Shown piece by piece: positions 9,783 to 19,574 of a stretch of DNA of 38,333 bases. The stretch's first letter is position 1. Every line of letters begins with the position of its first letter. The translations under genes were made by a program, and so were the position numbers. The DNA comes from a virus (taxonomy: Duplodnaviria; Caudoviricetes): positions 1 to 38,333 of the IMG/VR virus record IMGVR_UViG_3300003375_000063; one strand, given 5' to 3'. Under the pieces are notes generated by a model. It saw only the letters and a list, made by a program, of their open reading frames with translations, did not search any database and was not told where the DNA came from.

Positions 9783-10655
9783 GTGACTAAGAACCTCGAT
9801 CTTCTCAATCAGTACAACGACATCAACTGTGCGATCTGGACGGCCGCGAAGGGAACTACGCTGCCGACGAGTCCATACACGCCGTATCCTGCTGGCTTCT
9901 ATGAGGTTGGCTTCACCGATGACACCGGCATCGTCGAGTCCCTCGGTATGCAGGTGACGAAGAAGTACGCCTGGCAGGGCGCTGTGCTGGCGAAGAAGAT
10001 CAAGAGCCAGGCAGAGAAGTCTTTCGATTTCACGTGCATCGAGGAAAACCCGACTGTGCTGGGTCTGACTCGGCCCGGCACGACGATGACGACGACGGCC
10101 GGGACCTCGGAGGTGCAGACGCTGACGATCACGGCAACTGGCGGTTCGTTTGTCTTGGCTGGTGGTTCAGGCGGGACGGGCGCTACGTCCGCGATCAGCT
10201 TGCCGACGACGGCTGCTGCCGTTCAGACTGCTGTCCGGGCTTTGCCGGGGTTCAGCGCTGCGGTAGCGGCCGGAACAGCGGGGTCGATCACGATCACGTT
10301 CGCCGCGAGCGAAGGCAATGTGAATCCGCTGACGGTGGACCAGACGTTGGCGACTGGCGGCACAGTGACACTGGCGACAACGACACCCGGCATCCTGCCT
10401 TACTACACCGGCAACGTCGGGCCGTGGCTTCAGGACAACTCCCGCGTGTGGGGCATTGATTTGATCTCTGACAAGGGATTCATTCGTCGGTTCCTGCTGG
10501 CCAAGGCTGAGTTGGACCTGTCGCAGAACAAGCCTGCGTACACCGCGAATGACTGGACGGCGTACAAGATGACGCTCGACTGCTTTGTGGTGAATGGCAG
10601 CTGGTACACGGAGATCACGAACAACCCGAGCTTCGCGCCGGGTCAGTTCGTCTAA
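9783..10655 (+). CDS. major tail protein with an internal Ig-like insertion
   Basis: AAKGTTLP...F.EVGFTDD.GI..., AWQG, F.CIEEN; Thr/Gly-rich EVQTLTITATGGSF insert. Confidence 0.88.
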   Translation: MTKNLDLLNQYNDINCAIWTAAKGTTLPTSPYTPYPAGFYEVGFTDDTGIVESLGMQVTKKYAWQGAVLAKKIKSQAEKSFDFTCIEENPTVLGLTRPGTTMTTTAGTSEVQTLTITATGGSFVLAGGSGGTGATSAISLPTTAAAVQTAVRALPGFSAAVAAGTAGSITITFAASEGNVNPLTVDQTLATGGTVTLATTTPGILPYYTGNVGPWLQDNSRVWGIDLISDKGFIRRFLLAKAELDLSQNKPAYTANDWTAYKMTLDCFVVNGSWYTEITNNPSFAPGQFV

Positions 10656-10658
10656 GTC

Positions 10659-10703
10659 GTGACGCGACGGCCTTCTGCTCGCTGGCCGGGGCCGTCGCGT
10701 CAC
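10659..10703 (+). promoter_or_regulatory. 14-bp perfect stem-loop between major tail and chaperone genes
   Basis: GTGACGCGACGGCC (10659-10672) / GGCCGTCGCGTCAC (10690-10703). Confidence 0.8.
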
Positions 10704-10752
10704 CTTCGCAAGTCAACTGACAGGCCAGCGCACTAAGGAGAGAAGGCCAGCG

Positions 10753-11073
10753 ATGAGCAACGAAAAGCAGGGCATTAAGCGGCGGTTCAAGCTGAACGAA
10801 CAGGTCGAGTTCATCCGTGCTACGAAGGGCGTGACGGAGATCGAGCTGTCGGACGGAACGATCATTACGATCGACCCTCGGGAGCTGTGGGACGACGCTG
10901 TACTGGAGTTGGCGAGCACCGATCCGATTGCCGCGGCGAAGGCCCTCGTGAAAGACGCAGAGAAGTACGAGCTTTTTGTGGCGGATGGTGGTTCGGCGGC
11001 GACGTTGTTCGCGATCATCTCCGAGACGCAGGGTGTATCGGTGGGGGAATCGCTGGACTCGTCGCCCTCCTAA
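10753..11073 (+). CDS. tail assembly chaperone (gpG-like)
   Basis: 106 aa between major tail and tape measure; SD AAGGAG; ends just after the slippery site. Confidence 0.85.
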   Translation: MSNEKQGIKRRFKLNEQVEFIRATKGVTEIELSDGTIITIDPRELWDDAVLELASTDPIAAAKALVKDAEKYELFVADGGSAATLFAIISETQGVSVGESLDSSPS

Positions 11074-11474
11074 ATCAGTACGGCGAGTCCATCGAGTATG
11101 ACCTCCTTGGTTTGGGATTCGATCTACAGGCCGATCTGGGTAGCGATCGGCTGACAGCGCGGCGGTTGCTGTACGTGATCCTGCCGCGGCTGCCAGCTGA
11201 CTCGTGGTTCAAGCGGACCTACGACCCAGAGAAGCGGGAAATGAGCCCGGAGTGGTACGTGCTCGCTGACATCTGCGATGGGATTTCCATTGGTAACTGG
11301 CAGCGACAGAACACAGGCGTGGAGAACGAATCGCAGGTCTCCCCGCGTCCGAAGCCATATCCGCGTCCAGGTGCGGTGGCGACCGAGATGCAGCAGGAGC
11401 AGCAGCAGCGGCGTCGGCGTGACGAAATCATGCGGCGCCGTCAGGCCCGGGCTGAGGTGTTAGGGGGTGGGTAG
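10753..11474 (+). CDS. tail assembly chaperone frameshift product (gpGT-like)
   Basis: -1 frame continues IAGLVALLNQYGESIEYDLL...LPADS...NWQR...PKPYPRPG, typical gpT motifs. Confidence 0.8.
11043..11049 (+). other. programmed -1 frameshift slippery site G GGG GAA
   Basis: GTG GGG GAA in the gpG frame; the -1 frame is open to 11474. Confidence 0.8.
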
Positions 11475-14400
11475 TGACTGCTCCGGATATCAATATCGGT
11501 ACTGTCGGTATCGGGGTAGTCCCTTCCATTCGAGATTTCGGCCCGCAAGTAAAGACGGAGCTGACGCCGCAGGCGACGAAGGTCGGCGATGATCTCGGTA
11601 AGACGATCGGCGACAGGATCAAGTCGCAGATCACCTCCGGCATTCGTGACGGAATGGGTAACGGCTCGGCGCCGGCGAAGACGCAGGGCGGTAAGTCCGG
11701 CGAGGACTACGGCGGTGAGTTCGCTCGTGTTCTGAAGGCCAAGCTCAGCGCTGCGTTCCGGGATCTGCCGAAGGCTGACATCGGGATCAATTCCTCGGCT
11801 GCGGATCTTGAGCTAGACAAGCTGCGGTCGAAGATTGAATCTCTCGCTGGGAAGCGCGTCGGTGTCGACATTTCGGCGTCTGCTGCTGCAGCGGAAGTAG
11901 ATCGCATCAAGAAGAGCTTGGATGAGCTCGGCGCGAGGTCCCCGGATATTCGGGTGAAGGTTGACACGGCGGTCGCGTCAGCTCACTTGGATGAGTTCCG
12001 GGCGAAGGTCGATGAGTTGTCGACGAAGTCGGTGCTGACTCGGGTGAGCGCGGCTCTGCCGAACATTTCGGGTGACTTCTCGTGGATGACGGCGGCGGTG
12101 GCGTTGTTGCCGCTGATTGTGCCGCTGCTGGGTGCGGTAGCTGGCGCACTTATGGGTGTGGCTGTGGCTGGGGCTGCGGCTACGGCCGGGCTCGGTGTGT
12201 TGTTCCTAGCCGTTCATGGGGTCTTCAGCGCTGTTCAGGCGTTGACGTCAGCGCAATCGAAAAGCGCAGCGCAGTCAGCTCAGAACCAAGCGTCAGCGCT
12301 GGCGTCGGCGAATGGGCTGCTCAACGCCCAGGACGCGCTGAAGGCCGCAGTGCAGGGCGTAGCCGATGCGCAGCGGTCGGCCGATCAGTCGATTGTCAGC
12401 TCCCTTGAGCAGGTGCACAAGGCTGAAGAGTCCTATACGGCGGCGCTGCTGAACGAGCAGAAGGCGCAGCTAGCGTTGACCGCCGCTCGTGTGACGGCGC
12501 AGCAGACGATCGAGGACCTGAATAACCAGGTCAAGGACGGCGCGCTACAGGCGCGGCAGGCCGCGCTCGATCTGCAGGATGCGCAGCAGAACCTGCTAGT
12601 CGTCAACTTCAATTCTCATTCGACAGCTGAGCAGCGAGCACAGGCGCAGCTGGCGGTCGACCAGGCTCAGCAGCACGCCAGTGAGATCGCACTAGCGAAT
12701 CAGCGGACAGCGGCGTCGGCTGCGCAGGCAAACGCCCAGGGCGTTGAGGGATCTCAGACGGTCATCGACGCCAATCAGGGCGTGTCGGATGCGGTGCAGA
12801 ACGTCGCTGACGCGCATCAAGGCGTCGTGGATGCTCAGGCAGCAGCGGTTCAGGCGCAGTTGGCTGGGGCGGAGTCTGTCGCGAAAGCGAATCAGGCGGT
12901 AGTCCAGGCGCAGCGGGCGTTGGCTGATGCGTATGCGTCGGCTGGCGCGCAGGGTGTAGCTGCGGCGAGTTCGGTGACGCAGGCGATGAGCAAGCTGACG
13001 CCAGCCGGACAGAAGTTCGCGCTGTTCATCGCGGATACTTTGCTGCCTGCCCTCCGGCCTTTGTTCAACGCCGCCCAGACGTCGTTTCTCCCTGCGCTGC
13101 AGAAGGCGATCACGCTGCTGTTGCCGTATCTGCCGCAGTTCGCGGACTTCATCGGCAAGATCGGCAAGGTCTTGGGTGATCTCGCGGTCCAGGCAGCTCA
13201 GGCGTTGACGGGACCGTTTTGGCAGCAGTTCTTTACCTTCTTGTCGTCGTTCATCGGCCCGCAGCTGCAGGTGTTCGGCGACATCATCGGCAACGTTGTT
13301 ACGGGGTTCGCCGGACTCTTCCAAGCGTCGTCGGGGACGGGCGCGTCATTTGGGCAGTGGTTGCTGCATCTGTCGGAGTCGTTCGCTCATTTCGGGACAA
13401 CGGCGGGCAGCAACTCCGGGTTTCAGGCGTTCCTGAAGTTCATACGTGACAACGCGCCGAAGGTCGGGGATCTGCTCAAGGAATTGGTGATTGTCGCCGC
13501 GAAGATCATCATCGTGATGGCGCCGATCGCCGTTGTGATCCTGAAGGCGATCGACGCTGTTGTGACGTGGCTGGCGAAGCTCAGTCCGACTCAGATGGCG
13601 TGGATAGCTGCGGGGATTGGGTTGATCGGCGCGGCGTTGCTGTTGGCCTTCGGGGGTCCGGTGACGATCGTTGTCGCCGCGATTGCTGCGATCGCCGCTG
13701 GTCTGACGTACTTGTGGACGCACTGTCAGACTTTCCGGGACATCGTCACGGACGCGTGGCATGTTGCGTTTTCCAGCTTCTCCTGGGTGTATCAGAACGT
13801 CGTCAAGCCTGTGTTCGATAGCCTCGGTGCGGATCTTCAGGCCGTCGAGGATGCTTTTACCTCGGTGAAAGATCACGTGTCGCAGGTCTGGTCGGATCTC
13901 GGCTCGGCGATTTCCGATGTGTGGGACGGCGTGAAGTCAGCGCTGGTGACGGGTATCAATTTCATCACGCAGAATGTGCTGAATCCATTTATCGGCGCGA
14001 TCAATGATGTGCTGGGTTTGCTTCCTGGGAACCTGCACATTCCGAAGATCGCGGCGATCGTCGTCACGCAGAAGTCGACGTTCAACGACATCAACCCACA
14101 GGTGACATCGCATGCGCTCGGTGGTGTGATCCCCGGGTATGCGCCGGGTGTGGATTCGCATCTGGCGTTGTTGTCGCCTGGTGAGGGAATTCTCGTGCCA
14201 GAGGCGACTCGTGCGTTGGGTGGCGCGGCTGGGATCAACGCGATCAACTCGACGTTTTCGTCGCGCCTGCCGAGTTCGGGTGGGCGTTTCGCTGGCGGCG
14301 GTGTCGTTGGGTTCCTGGAAGGGCTCGGGTCGGATGTGGTGTCCGGCATCCGGCATGGTTTAGCTGCGTCGGTGGAGACGGCGATGAAGGCCGCTGAGAA

Positions 14401-15175
14401 GCCCGCGTTGGCTGCGGTGAAGCTGATCCCCGGCGGCGGTTCGTTGCTGAGCAGGCTCGGGCAGGGGACGCTCGATGCGGTCGATCAGAAGGTGTATGAC
14501 TTCATCGCTGGGAAGTCCAGTGCTGCGGCGCGTACTGCGGGATCATCCGTGGCGCCGTCAGCGGCGTCTGCGTCGCAGACGTTCTCGCCGACTCTGGGGA
14601 TGAGTCAGTGGCTTCCGCAGATCACCGCGGTGCTGTCGTCGCTGGGAGCGTTGACTCAAGCGAACATCAATGATGTTGAGCTGATCATGGCTCATGAGTC
14701 TGGTGGCAATCCGAACGCGATAAACCTGTTTGATAGCAACGCTCGTGCTGGGCATCCGTCGCAGGGCCTGATGCAGGTGATTCCTTCGACGTTTGCTAGT
14801 AACGCCGGACCTTACGCTTCGTTGGGGATCACGAACCCGATGGCGAACATCTACGCGGGCGTTCATTATGCGATCAGCAGGTATGGGTCGTTGGCGAATG
14901 TGCCTGGCGTGAAGGCCGTCGCGGCTGGCAATGGGTACGTCGGGTACGACCAGGGCGGTTACTTGCAACCTGGGGTCACTCAGGTGGTGAATAACACGGG
15001 TCGCCCTGAGCCGGTGTTCAGCCCAGAGCAGTGGGCTTCGCTGCGTGCGCCTCGGGGCAGTGGGGGGAGTTCGGTGCGGAAGTTCGCTGATCATGTGACG
15101 ATTGTCGAGGCGGGATCTGCGACGGCGACGGCGCAGGAGACAGCGCGGCAGTGGGCGTCTGCGGGGTTGGGATGA
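11474..15175 (+). CDS. tape measure protein with C-terminal lytic transglycosylase (SLT) domain
   Basis: 1233 aa, Ala/Gln coiled coil, hydrophobic segments, HESGGNPNAIN..DSNA..GHPSQGLMQVI..TF...ANI.AG..Y...RYG. Confidence 0.95.
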   Translation: MTAPDINIGTVGIGVVPSIRDFGPQVKTELTPQATKVGDDLGKTIGDRIKSQITSGIRDGMGNGSAPAKTQGGKSGEDYGGEFARVLKAKLSAAFRDLPKADIGINSSAADLELDKLRSKIESLAGKRVGVDISASAAAAEVDRIKKSLDELGARSPDIRVKVDTAVASAHLDEFRAKVDELSTKSVLTRVSAALPNISGDFSWMTAAVALLPLIVPLLGAVAGALMGVAVAGAAATAGLGVLFLAVHGVFSAVQALTSAQSKSAAQSAQNQASALASANGLLNAQDALKAAVQGVADAQRSADQSIVSSLEQVHKAEESYTAALLNEQKAQLALTAARVTAQQTIEDLNNQVKDGALQARQAALDLQDAQQNLLVVNFNSHSTAEQRAQAQLAVDQAQQHASEIALANQRTAASAAQANAQGVEGSQTVIDANQGVSDAVQNVADAHQGVVDAQAAAVQAQLAGAESVAKANQAVVQAQRALADAYASAGAQGVAAASSVTQAMSKLTPAGQKFALFIADTLLPALRPLFNAAQTSFLPALQKAITLLLPYLPQFADFIGKIGKVLGDLAVQAAQALTGPFWQQFFTFLSSFIGPQLQVFGDIIGNVVTGFAGLFQASSGTGASFGQWLLHLSESFAHFGTTAGSNSGFQAFLKFIRDNAPKVGDLLKELVIVAAKIIIVMAPIAVVILKAIDAVVTWLAKLSPTQMAWIAAGIGLIGAALLLAFGGPVTIVVAAIAAIAAGLTYLWTHCQTFRDIVTDAWHVAFSSFSWVYQNVVKPVFDSLGADLQAVEDAFTSVKDHVSQVWSDLGSAISDVWDGVKSALVTGINFITQNVLNPFIGAINDVLGLLPGNLHIPKIAAIVVTQKSTFNDINPQVTSHALGGVIPGYAPGVDSHLALLSPGEGILVPEATRALGGAAGINAINSTFSSRLPSSGGRFAGGGVVGFLEGLGSDVVSGIRHGLAASVETAMKAAEKPALAAVKLIPGGGSLLSRLGQGTLDAVDQKVYDFIAGKSSAAARTAGSSVAPSAASASQTFSPTLGMSQWLPQITAVLSSLGALTQANINDVELIMAHESGGNPNAINLFDSNARAGHPSQGLMQVIPSTFASNAGPYASLGITNPMANIYAGVHYAISRYGSLANVPGVKAVAAGNGYVGYDQGGYLQPGVTQVVNNTGRPEPVFSPEQWASLRAPRGSGGSSVRKFADHVTIVEAGSATATAQETARQWASAGLG

Positions 15176-16020
15176 CGACGATGTTGGCGTCGTCGTCGTG
15201 CCAGCTCGGTTCGTTCCTGATCGGGGTTGCTCGCGATGATGGTGTTGAGGTGCTGCTTGAGGGCATAGATGGGTGGGATTCGCCGTCGGGGACCTTGAGT
15301 GTGACGCAGAAGCCTCGGTCGTTTGGTGGGTGGGCCGGCCGGTCATATTTGACTCCACGGGACATCACGATCAAAGGATCGATCACTGGGCCATCGACGG
15401 AGGTTGTGTCCGCAGTCATCGATGAGCTCATAGCTGCGTGCACGCTCGGTCCGACGACGTTGACGGTCGATGAGGCGTCGCGGTCGAGATTCGCGACGGT
15501 CCGGCGCAACGGTAAGGTCCTTGCGCCTTGGACGTCGGATACGTCGGCAGATTTCAGCGTGCAGCTGGTAGCGCCGGACCCGTTGCGGTACGCGGCGTTG
15601 TCTCCGGTGTCGACTGGTTTGCCGGTGACGACTGGTGGACTGACGTTCCCGGTGACTTTCCCGATCACGTTCACTGGGTCGACTGCAACTGGTGTGGTGC
15701 GGCTGGTGAACGCTGGTAATGAGACGGCGCCGCTACTCTTCCGGATCGATGGGCCTGTTGTGGCTCCGTCGATTACGCACATCACTACGGGCAATCAGGT
15801 CGTTTTCTCGACTGATTTGACTTTGGGTGCGGGCGAGTTCTTGACGGTGGATATGGCTAACCGCGCGGTGCTTGCTCAGGGTCAGTCGTCGCGTTCGGGT
15901 GATTTGGTGTCACGGGGATGGTTCAACTTGCTACCTGGCGCGAATGATTTCCAGTTTCAGGCGTCGGTGTACTCGGCGGGTGCGTTGTTGACCGCGTCAA
16001 GCTTTTCGGCGTGGTCATAG
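15172..16020 (+). CDS. distal tail protein (minor tail)
   Basis: ATGA overlap with TMP stop; VQLVAPDPLRY, GLTFPVTFPITF, N.GN..AP, WFNL.PG.N. Confidence 0.85.
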   Translation: MTTMLASSSCQLGSFLIGVARDDGVEVLLEGIDGWDSPSGTLSVTQKPRSFGGWAGRSYLTPRDITIKGSITGPSTEVVSAVIDELIAACTLGPTTLTVDEASRSRFATVRRNGKVLAPWTSDTSADFSVQLVAPDPLRYAALSPVSTGLPVTTGGLTFPVTFPITFTGSTATGVVRLVNAGNETAPLLFRIDGPVVAPSITHITTGNQVVFSTDLTLGAGEFLTVDMANRAVLAQGQSSRSGDLVSRGWFNLLPGANDFQFQASVYSAGALLTASSFSAWS

Positions 16021-17219
16021 TGGCGCTGAATTGGGTTGTCGCTGATTTCGTGACAGGTCGTATTCAGGGTGACCTTGTTGATCTATCGTTCAGCGCGCCG
16101 TTGGCGCAGACGATCAACCAGCCTGAGTCGGTGACCGCGACGTTGCCGTTGCCGACTGCTCCGATTGATTGGGAGCTGTTGACGACGCCGATGGCGAAGG
16201 TGTTCGCGGCGCAGGATGATGCGGGGAATGTGAAGTGGGCGGGTTTGCTGCTTGGCAGGCCTCGGACTGAGGGTGATGCGCTGCAGCTGCCGTTGGCGAC
16301 TGGTGAGGCATATTTTGATCTGAGGTATGTGTCTCCGTTGTTCTCCGGGTCGTCGCCTTTGACGCCGGACTATGGCTTCTACAGTGATGTGGATCAGTGC
16401 GCTCTGGGTGCGGATCTGGTGAGTCGTTATGTTGCCTCGACGTCGTCGCGGCCGGGTATGCCGATCCGGATCAATGCTGGTACGTCGGCGCAGCCGGGTG
16501 TCACTCATACGTATGCGGACGCTGATGACATGACGGTTCTGGCATGTTTGCAGGCGCTCGCGGCGAACTTGAACGGCCCGGAGTTCACGGTGACGTGGGA
16601 AGTCCAGACGTCTCCGTCGCGGATCACTCCGGTGTTCAACATCGCTGATCGGCTTGGGTCGTCGCCGCCTGCTGGTAAGGGACCGCAGGCGGTGTTCTAC
16701 CTGCCGGGGCCGGTGCTGAGTATGTCGTGGAACGAGGATTACTCGAAGGACAAGGGTGCGAACGACGTGACCGCTGTCGGTGATGGGACGGGCGGTTCTC
16801 GTCCGAGCGCGCGGTCGGTGGCGACGGATTTAAAGGGTCGACCGACAGTAGAGATGCGGTTCAAGGTGCCGACGACTGGAACTGAGGGGGAGACGGTCGC
16901 TCAGATCGCGGCGCTGCAGGCTTATGCGGATCGGGCGCTGGGGTACTTGCAGGACGGCACGCAGACGTTGGCGTTGACTGTGGCGGCGAACGATCCGGTG
17001 GACGGGACGGTCAGTCCAGCGTATGGGACTGATTGGGTACTAGGTGATGACATCGGCTATCAGATCGGGGGCATGGATGACGATGGTGGTGACATCACTC
17101 CGGCGTTCCCCGGTGGTCGTGCTGGCTCGGCTCGGGCGATTGGTGTGCAGTTGACGGATACGACGGAGACTCCGGTGATTTTCGCGCCGAACCCGACGCA
17201 GACGGCGGGTGATTTCTGA
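16020..17219 (+). CDS. minor tail protein (baseplate hub-like)
   Basis: GTG overlapping the preceding TAG; WAG.L..R, NGPEF, AN.VTAVG.G, W.LGDDI motifs; synteny. Confidence 0.8.
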   Translation: MALNWVVADFVTGRIQGDLVDLSFSAPLAQTINQPESVTATLPLPTAPIDWELLTTPMAKVFAAQDDAGNVKWAGLLLGRPRTEGDALQLPLATGEAYFDLRYVSPLFSGSSPLTPDYGFYSDVDQCALGADLVSRYVASTSSRPGMPIRINAGTSAQPGVTHTYADADDMTVLACLQALAANLNGPEFTVTWEVQTSPSRITPVFNIADRLGSSPPAGKGPQAVFYLPGPVLSMSWNEDYSKDKGANDVTAVGDGTGGSRPSARSVATDLKGRPTVEMRFKVPTTGTEGETVAQIAALQAYADRALGYLQDGTQTLALTVAANDPVDGTVSPAYGTDWVLGDDIGYQIGGMDDDGGDITPAFPGGRAGSARAIGVQLTDTTETPVIFAPNPTQTAGDF

Positions 17220-18067
17220 TGGGATTGCCGCCGAACATTGGCGATGGTGTGCCGTTGGCTGACCCGCGTGGTTGGGTGAATCGTGAGCTGCGGAAGTTGC
17301 AGAAGCAGATTGATCAGCTGGCAGCAGCGAACCCGTTTAATAACGCCTCGATCAACAACTCTGGGATCACGGTCACCACACAAGACAACACTCGGGTGAT
17401 GAAGCTCGGCGTGCTGAACGCCGCTGGTGATCGAGGCCTTGCGGTGTCGCCGGGAGGCAACGTTTGGGTGTACCACGAGACAGCGAATAAGGTCGTCGCT
17501 TACATCGGGTCGCTCTCGGACATCACTACTAAGCCGCAGACCGGCGTTCAGTTTCAGTATGTCGATCCGGCCAGTGGGGAAGTAAAGGTCGCGCTTGCGC
17601 TAGCGGACTACTCCGCCAGTGGTCCTTTGAGGCAGTTCCTCGCCCTGTACGACAACGATCAGGCGACGATCTTTTCCGCCGATCAGGCAGGCAGCGGCAT
17701 TGGCGCACCGACATTCACCTATGGTCCATTTGAGTCTGCGACTCCTCCGACTGATACGACCTCGTCAAGTTCCTTCGAGACGCTGCAGACCGCGTATGGC
17801 CGGAAATGGAATCCCGACTACTTAGCGCAGGTACTGGTGCAGTCCAATGGCACGGCAGTTGGACAGGTGCAATTGACGGACTATTTCGGAACCGTTATTG
17901 GTGCGCCGCAGACTGTCAACTCAGGGGACTTCGATTACCTGAGTTTCAGTGGCGCCATGTCTGGGGGCATCGGGGACTTTGTCACCGTAAATATCCAGGC
18001 TTGCATGACCGGCGGGTCAGGATCGATCGGGGTCCGGGGTGTGTACCTCGGCGGTGAAGGGACCTAG
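17219..18067 (+). CDS. minor tail protein
   Basis: TGATG coupling; N-terminal short coiled coil (ELRKLQKQIDQL) followed by beta-rich domains. Confidence 0.75.
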   Translation: MGLPPNIGDGVPLADPRGWVNRELRKLQKQIDQLAAANPFNNASINNSGITVTTQDNTRVMKLGVLNAAGDRGLAVSPGGNVWVYHETANKVVAYIGSLSDITTKPQTGVQFQYVDPASGEVKVALALADYSASGPLRQFLALYDNDQATIFSADQAGSGIGAPTFTYGPFESATPPTDTTSSSSFETLQTAYGRKWNPDYLAQVLVQSNGTAVGQVQLTDYFGTVIGAPQTVNSGDFDYLSFSGAMSGGIGDFVTVNIQACMTGGSGSIGVRGVYLGGEGT

Positions 18068-18496
18068 CTACGGCGTCGGTAGCGGATCGCCGGGCTGGCC
18101 TGCGACGGGCTTAGGCGCCGACGCGTAGGGGTTCGGCGGCGGCGGTGGTGGTCCGTTCTTGGCCGGCCAGGGCGCGATTGCTGGGGCTTTCGTCGCTGCT
18201 GGCTCGGCAGTGGGGGCCGGTGCGTCGGTTGGTTGGGTCACAGCTGTCGCTTTCTTCATGGGGATGGCCGTCGCGTGGGGGATCGCGGGCGGCTCGGTTG
18301 TTGGTGCCGGTGTGTCGCGTGGCGCGGTTGTGGGCGTGGGTGCCGTTGTTGCCGCGACGGTCGGTGCGGGTGTCGGCGTGGAGCTCACGGTGGTGCTCGC
18401 TGGTGTTGATGCCGCTTCGGCGAGCGCTACGCCTCCGCCGATAAATGCGGCTAGGCCTGCTGCGCTGATCGCGATGATTCCCGCCCTTTTGCTCAT
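18068..18496 (-). CDS. secreted/membrane-anchored Pro-Ala-Thr-rich protein (moron-like)
   Basis: MSKR + hydrophobic stretch + ALA/AEA signal peptide; fills the gap between two tail genes; TACGCT -10 element 7 nt upstream of ATG. Confidence 0.7.
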   Translation of the reverse strand: MSKRAGIIAISAAGLAAFIGGGVALAEAASTPASTTVSSTPTPAPTVAATTAPTPTTAPRDTPAPTTEPPAIPHATAIPMKKATAVTQPTDAPAPTAEPAATKAPAIAPWPAKNGPPPPPPNPYASAPKPVAGQPGDPLPTP

Positions 18497-18560
18497 GTCT
18501 CACAGCGTAAGCCCGGCTGGCGTCCGAGACCAGTGGGTCTGATCACGATTGGACGGTTTC

Positions 18561-19574
18561 ATGACGATCACTGTCATGCCTGAGGACGCGTCTTCGGGTG
18601 CGCCTACATACTCGGCGCAACATTTCCGGCAGACGATGTCGTCGCTCATGGGCGGCGGCTCAGGGCATCCTTTGGGTGCGCGCTCGGGTAAGCGGCCCGG
18701 TGGTGGGCTTGAGGTCACACTGAGTGGGTCAACGTACTCGGTGGCGCCCGGCGCGTGTGTGATCGATCCTGAGGTCACGACGCAGCAAGGACCGTATCTG
18801 TGTGCTTCGGATGCTGTGGTGTCCGGATCGCTGACTCCGGCGACAAGTGCGACGCGTACAGACATCGTGTACTTCCATCTGAATGATCAGTCCGCTGGTG
18901 ATGGCTCAGGCGCGTTGTCTGGGCAGATCCTGTATCAGGCTGGGTCGACGACGCTACCGGCGAGGTCGCTCCTGCTGGCGACGATCACTGTGCCGCCGAC
19001 TGGTGGCGGTTCGCCGACTGTGGTGGACAACGATGTGTTCTCTACCGCCGCGGGCGGTATACGTCCTGTCGGGTCGTCGGCGCAGGACTCACCGAGTCCG
19101 TACCTGGGCGAGCCGGAGTTTGACCCAGCGCGCGGCGGACTGTTGTTGTGGGATGGCGCGGAGTGGATGAGTTACGGCAATCCGCCGCGGTTCGTAGCAC
19201 GGATGCCTGACGTCCTGTACATCTCGTCAGCCACATCGTTTCCTTTCACCGTCATCGAGGACCCGTTTTCTGGTTGGGATGGCACGAACCATAGGTGGGT
19301 TGTGCCCAGATCGGGGCTGTACAGCATCTCTGGGCAGTTCGTTGCCGAGTCCCCGATCGAGGCGATTATGAGCGTGAAAGTCAACGGGACGCAGCGTATG
19401 TACTCCCCGGGGGCGGTGCAGTCGGTGAGTACTGACAACGGTGGCGCGACATTGGCGGGGATGTTGCGGCTGTCGGCCGGTGATCTTCTCACAGTCGAGT
19501 CCTCGAACACCTGGACGACGTCGGCTGAGCCGGGTGTTGGTACGTCGTTCTCGGCGCTGTGGGTGGCGTCGTGA
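18561..19574 (+). CDS. minor tail protein with C-terminal C1q-like beta-sandwich
   Basis: QGPY, R.DIVY...D, LLLATITVP, TAAGGIRPV; C-terminal VPRSGLYSISGQ...LRLSAGD.L.V. Confidence 0.8.
   Translation: MTITVMPEDASSGAPTYSAQHFRQTMSSLMGGGSGHPLGARSGKRPGGGLEVTLSGSTYSVAPGACVIDPEVTTQQGPYLCASDAVVSGSLTPATSATRTDIVYFHLNDQSAGDGSGALSGQILYQAGSTTLPARSLLLATITVPPTGGGSPTVVDNDVFSTAAGGIRPVGSSAQDSPSPYLGEPEFDPARGGLLLWDGAEWMSYGNPPRFVARMPDVLYISSATSFPFTVIEDPFSGWDGTNHRWVVPRSGLYSISGQFVAESPIEAIMSVKVNGTQRMYSPGAVQSVSTDNGGATLAGMLRLSAGDLLTVESSNTWTTSAEPGVGTSFSALWVAS

Noticed and set aside
14680-14900. SLT domain in tape measure protein, and the gpG/gpGT frameshift, as novelties
   Set aside because: Both are well-established siphovirus features; listed as features only
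18159-18542. + strand Ala/Val/Gly-rich ORF as a tail gene
   Set aside because: Mirror of the Pro/Thr/Ala-rich minus-strand gene, which has the signal peptide and promoter signal
17219-19574. Diversity-generating retroelement or invertible tail cassette
   Set aside because: No reverse transcriptase, invertase, template/variable repeat pair or flanking inverted sites seen in the window
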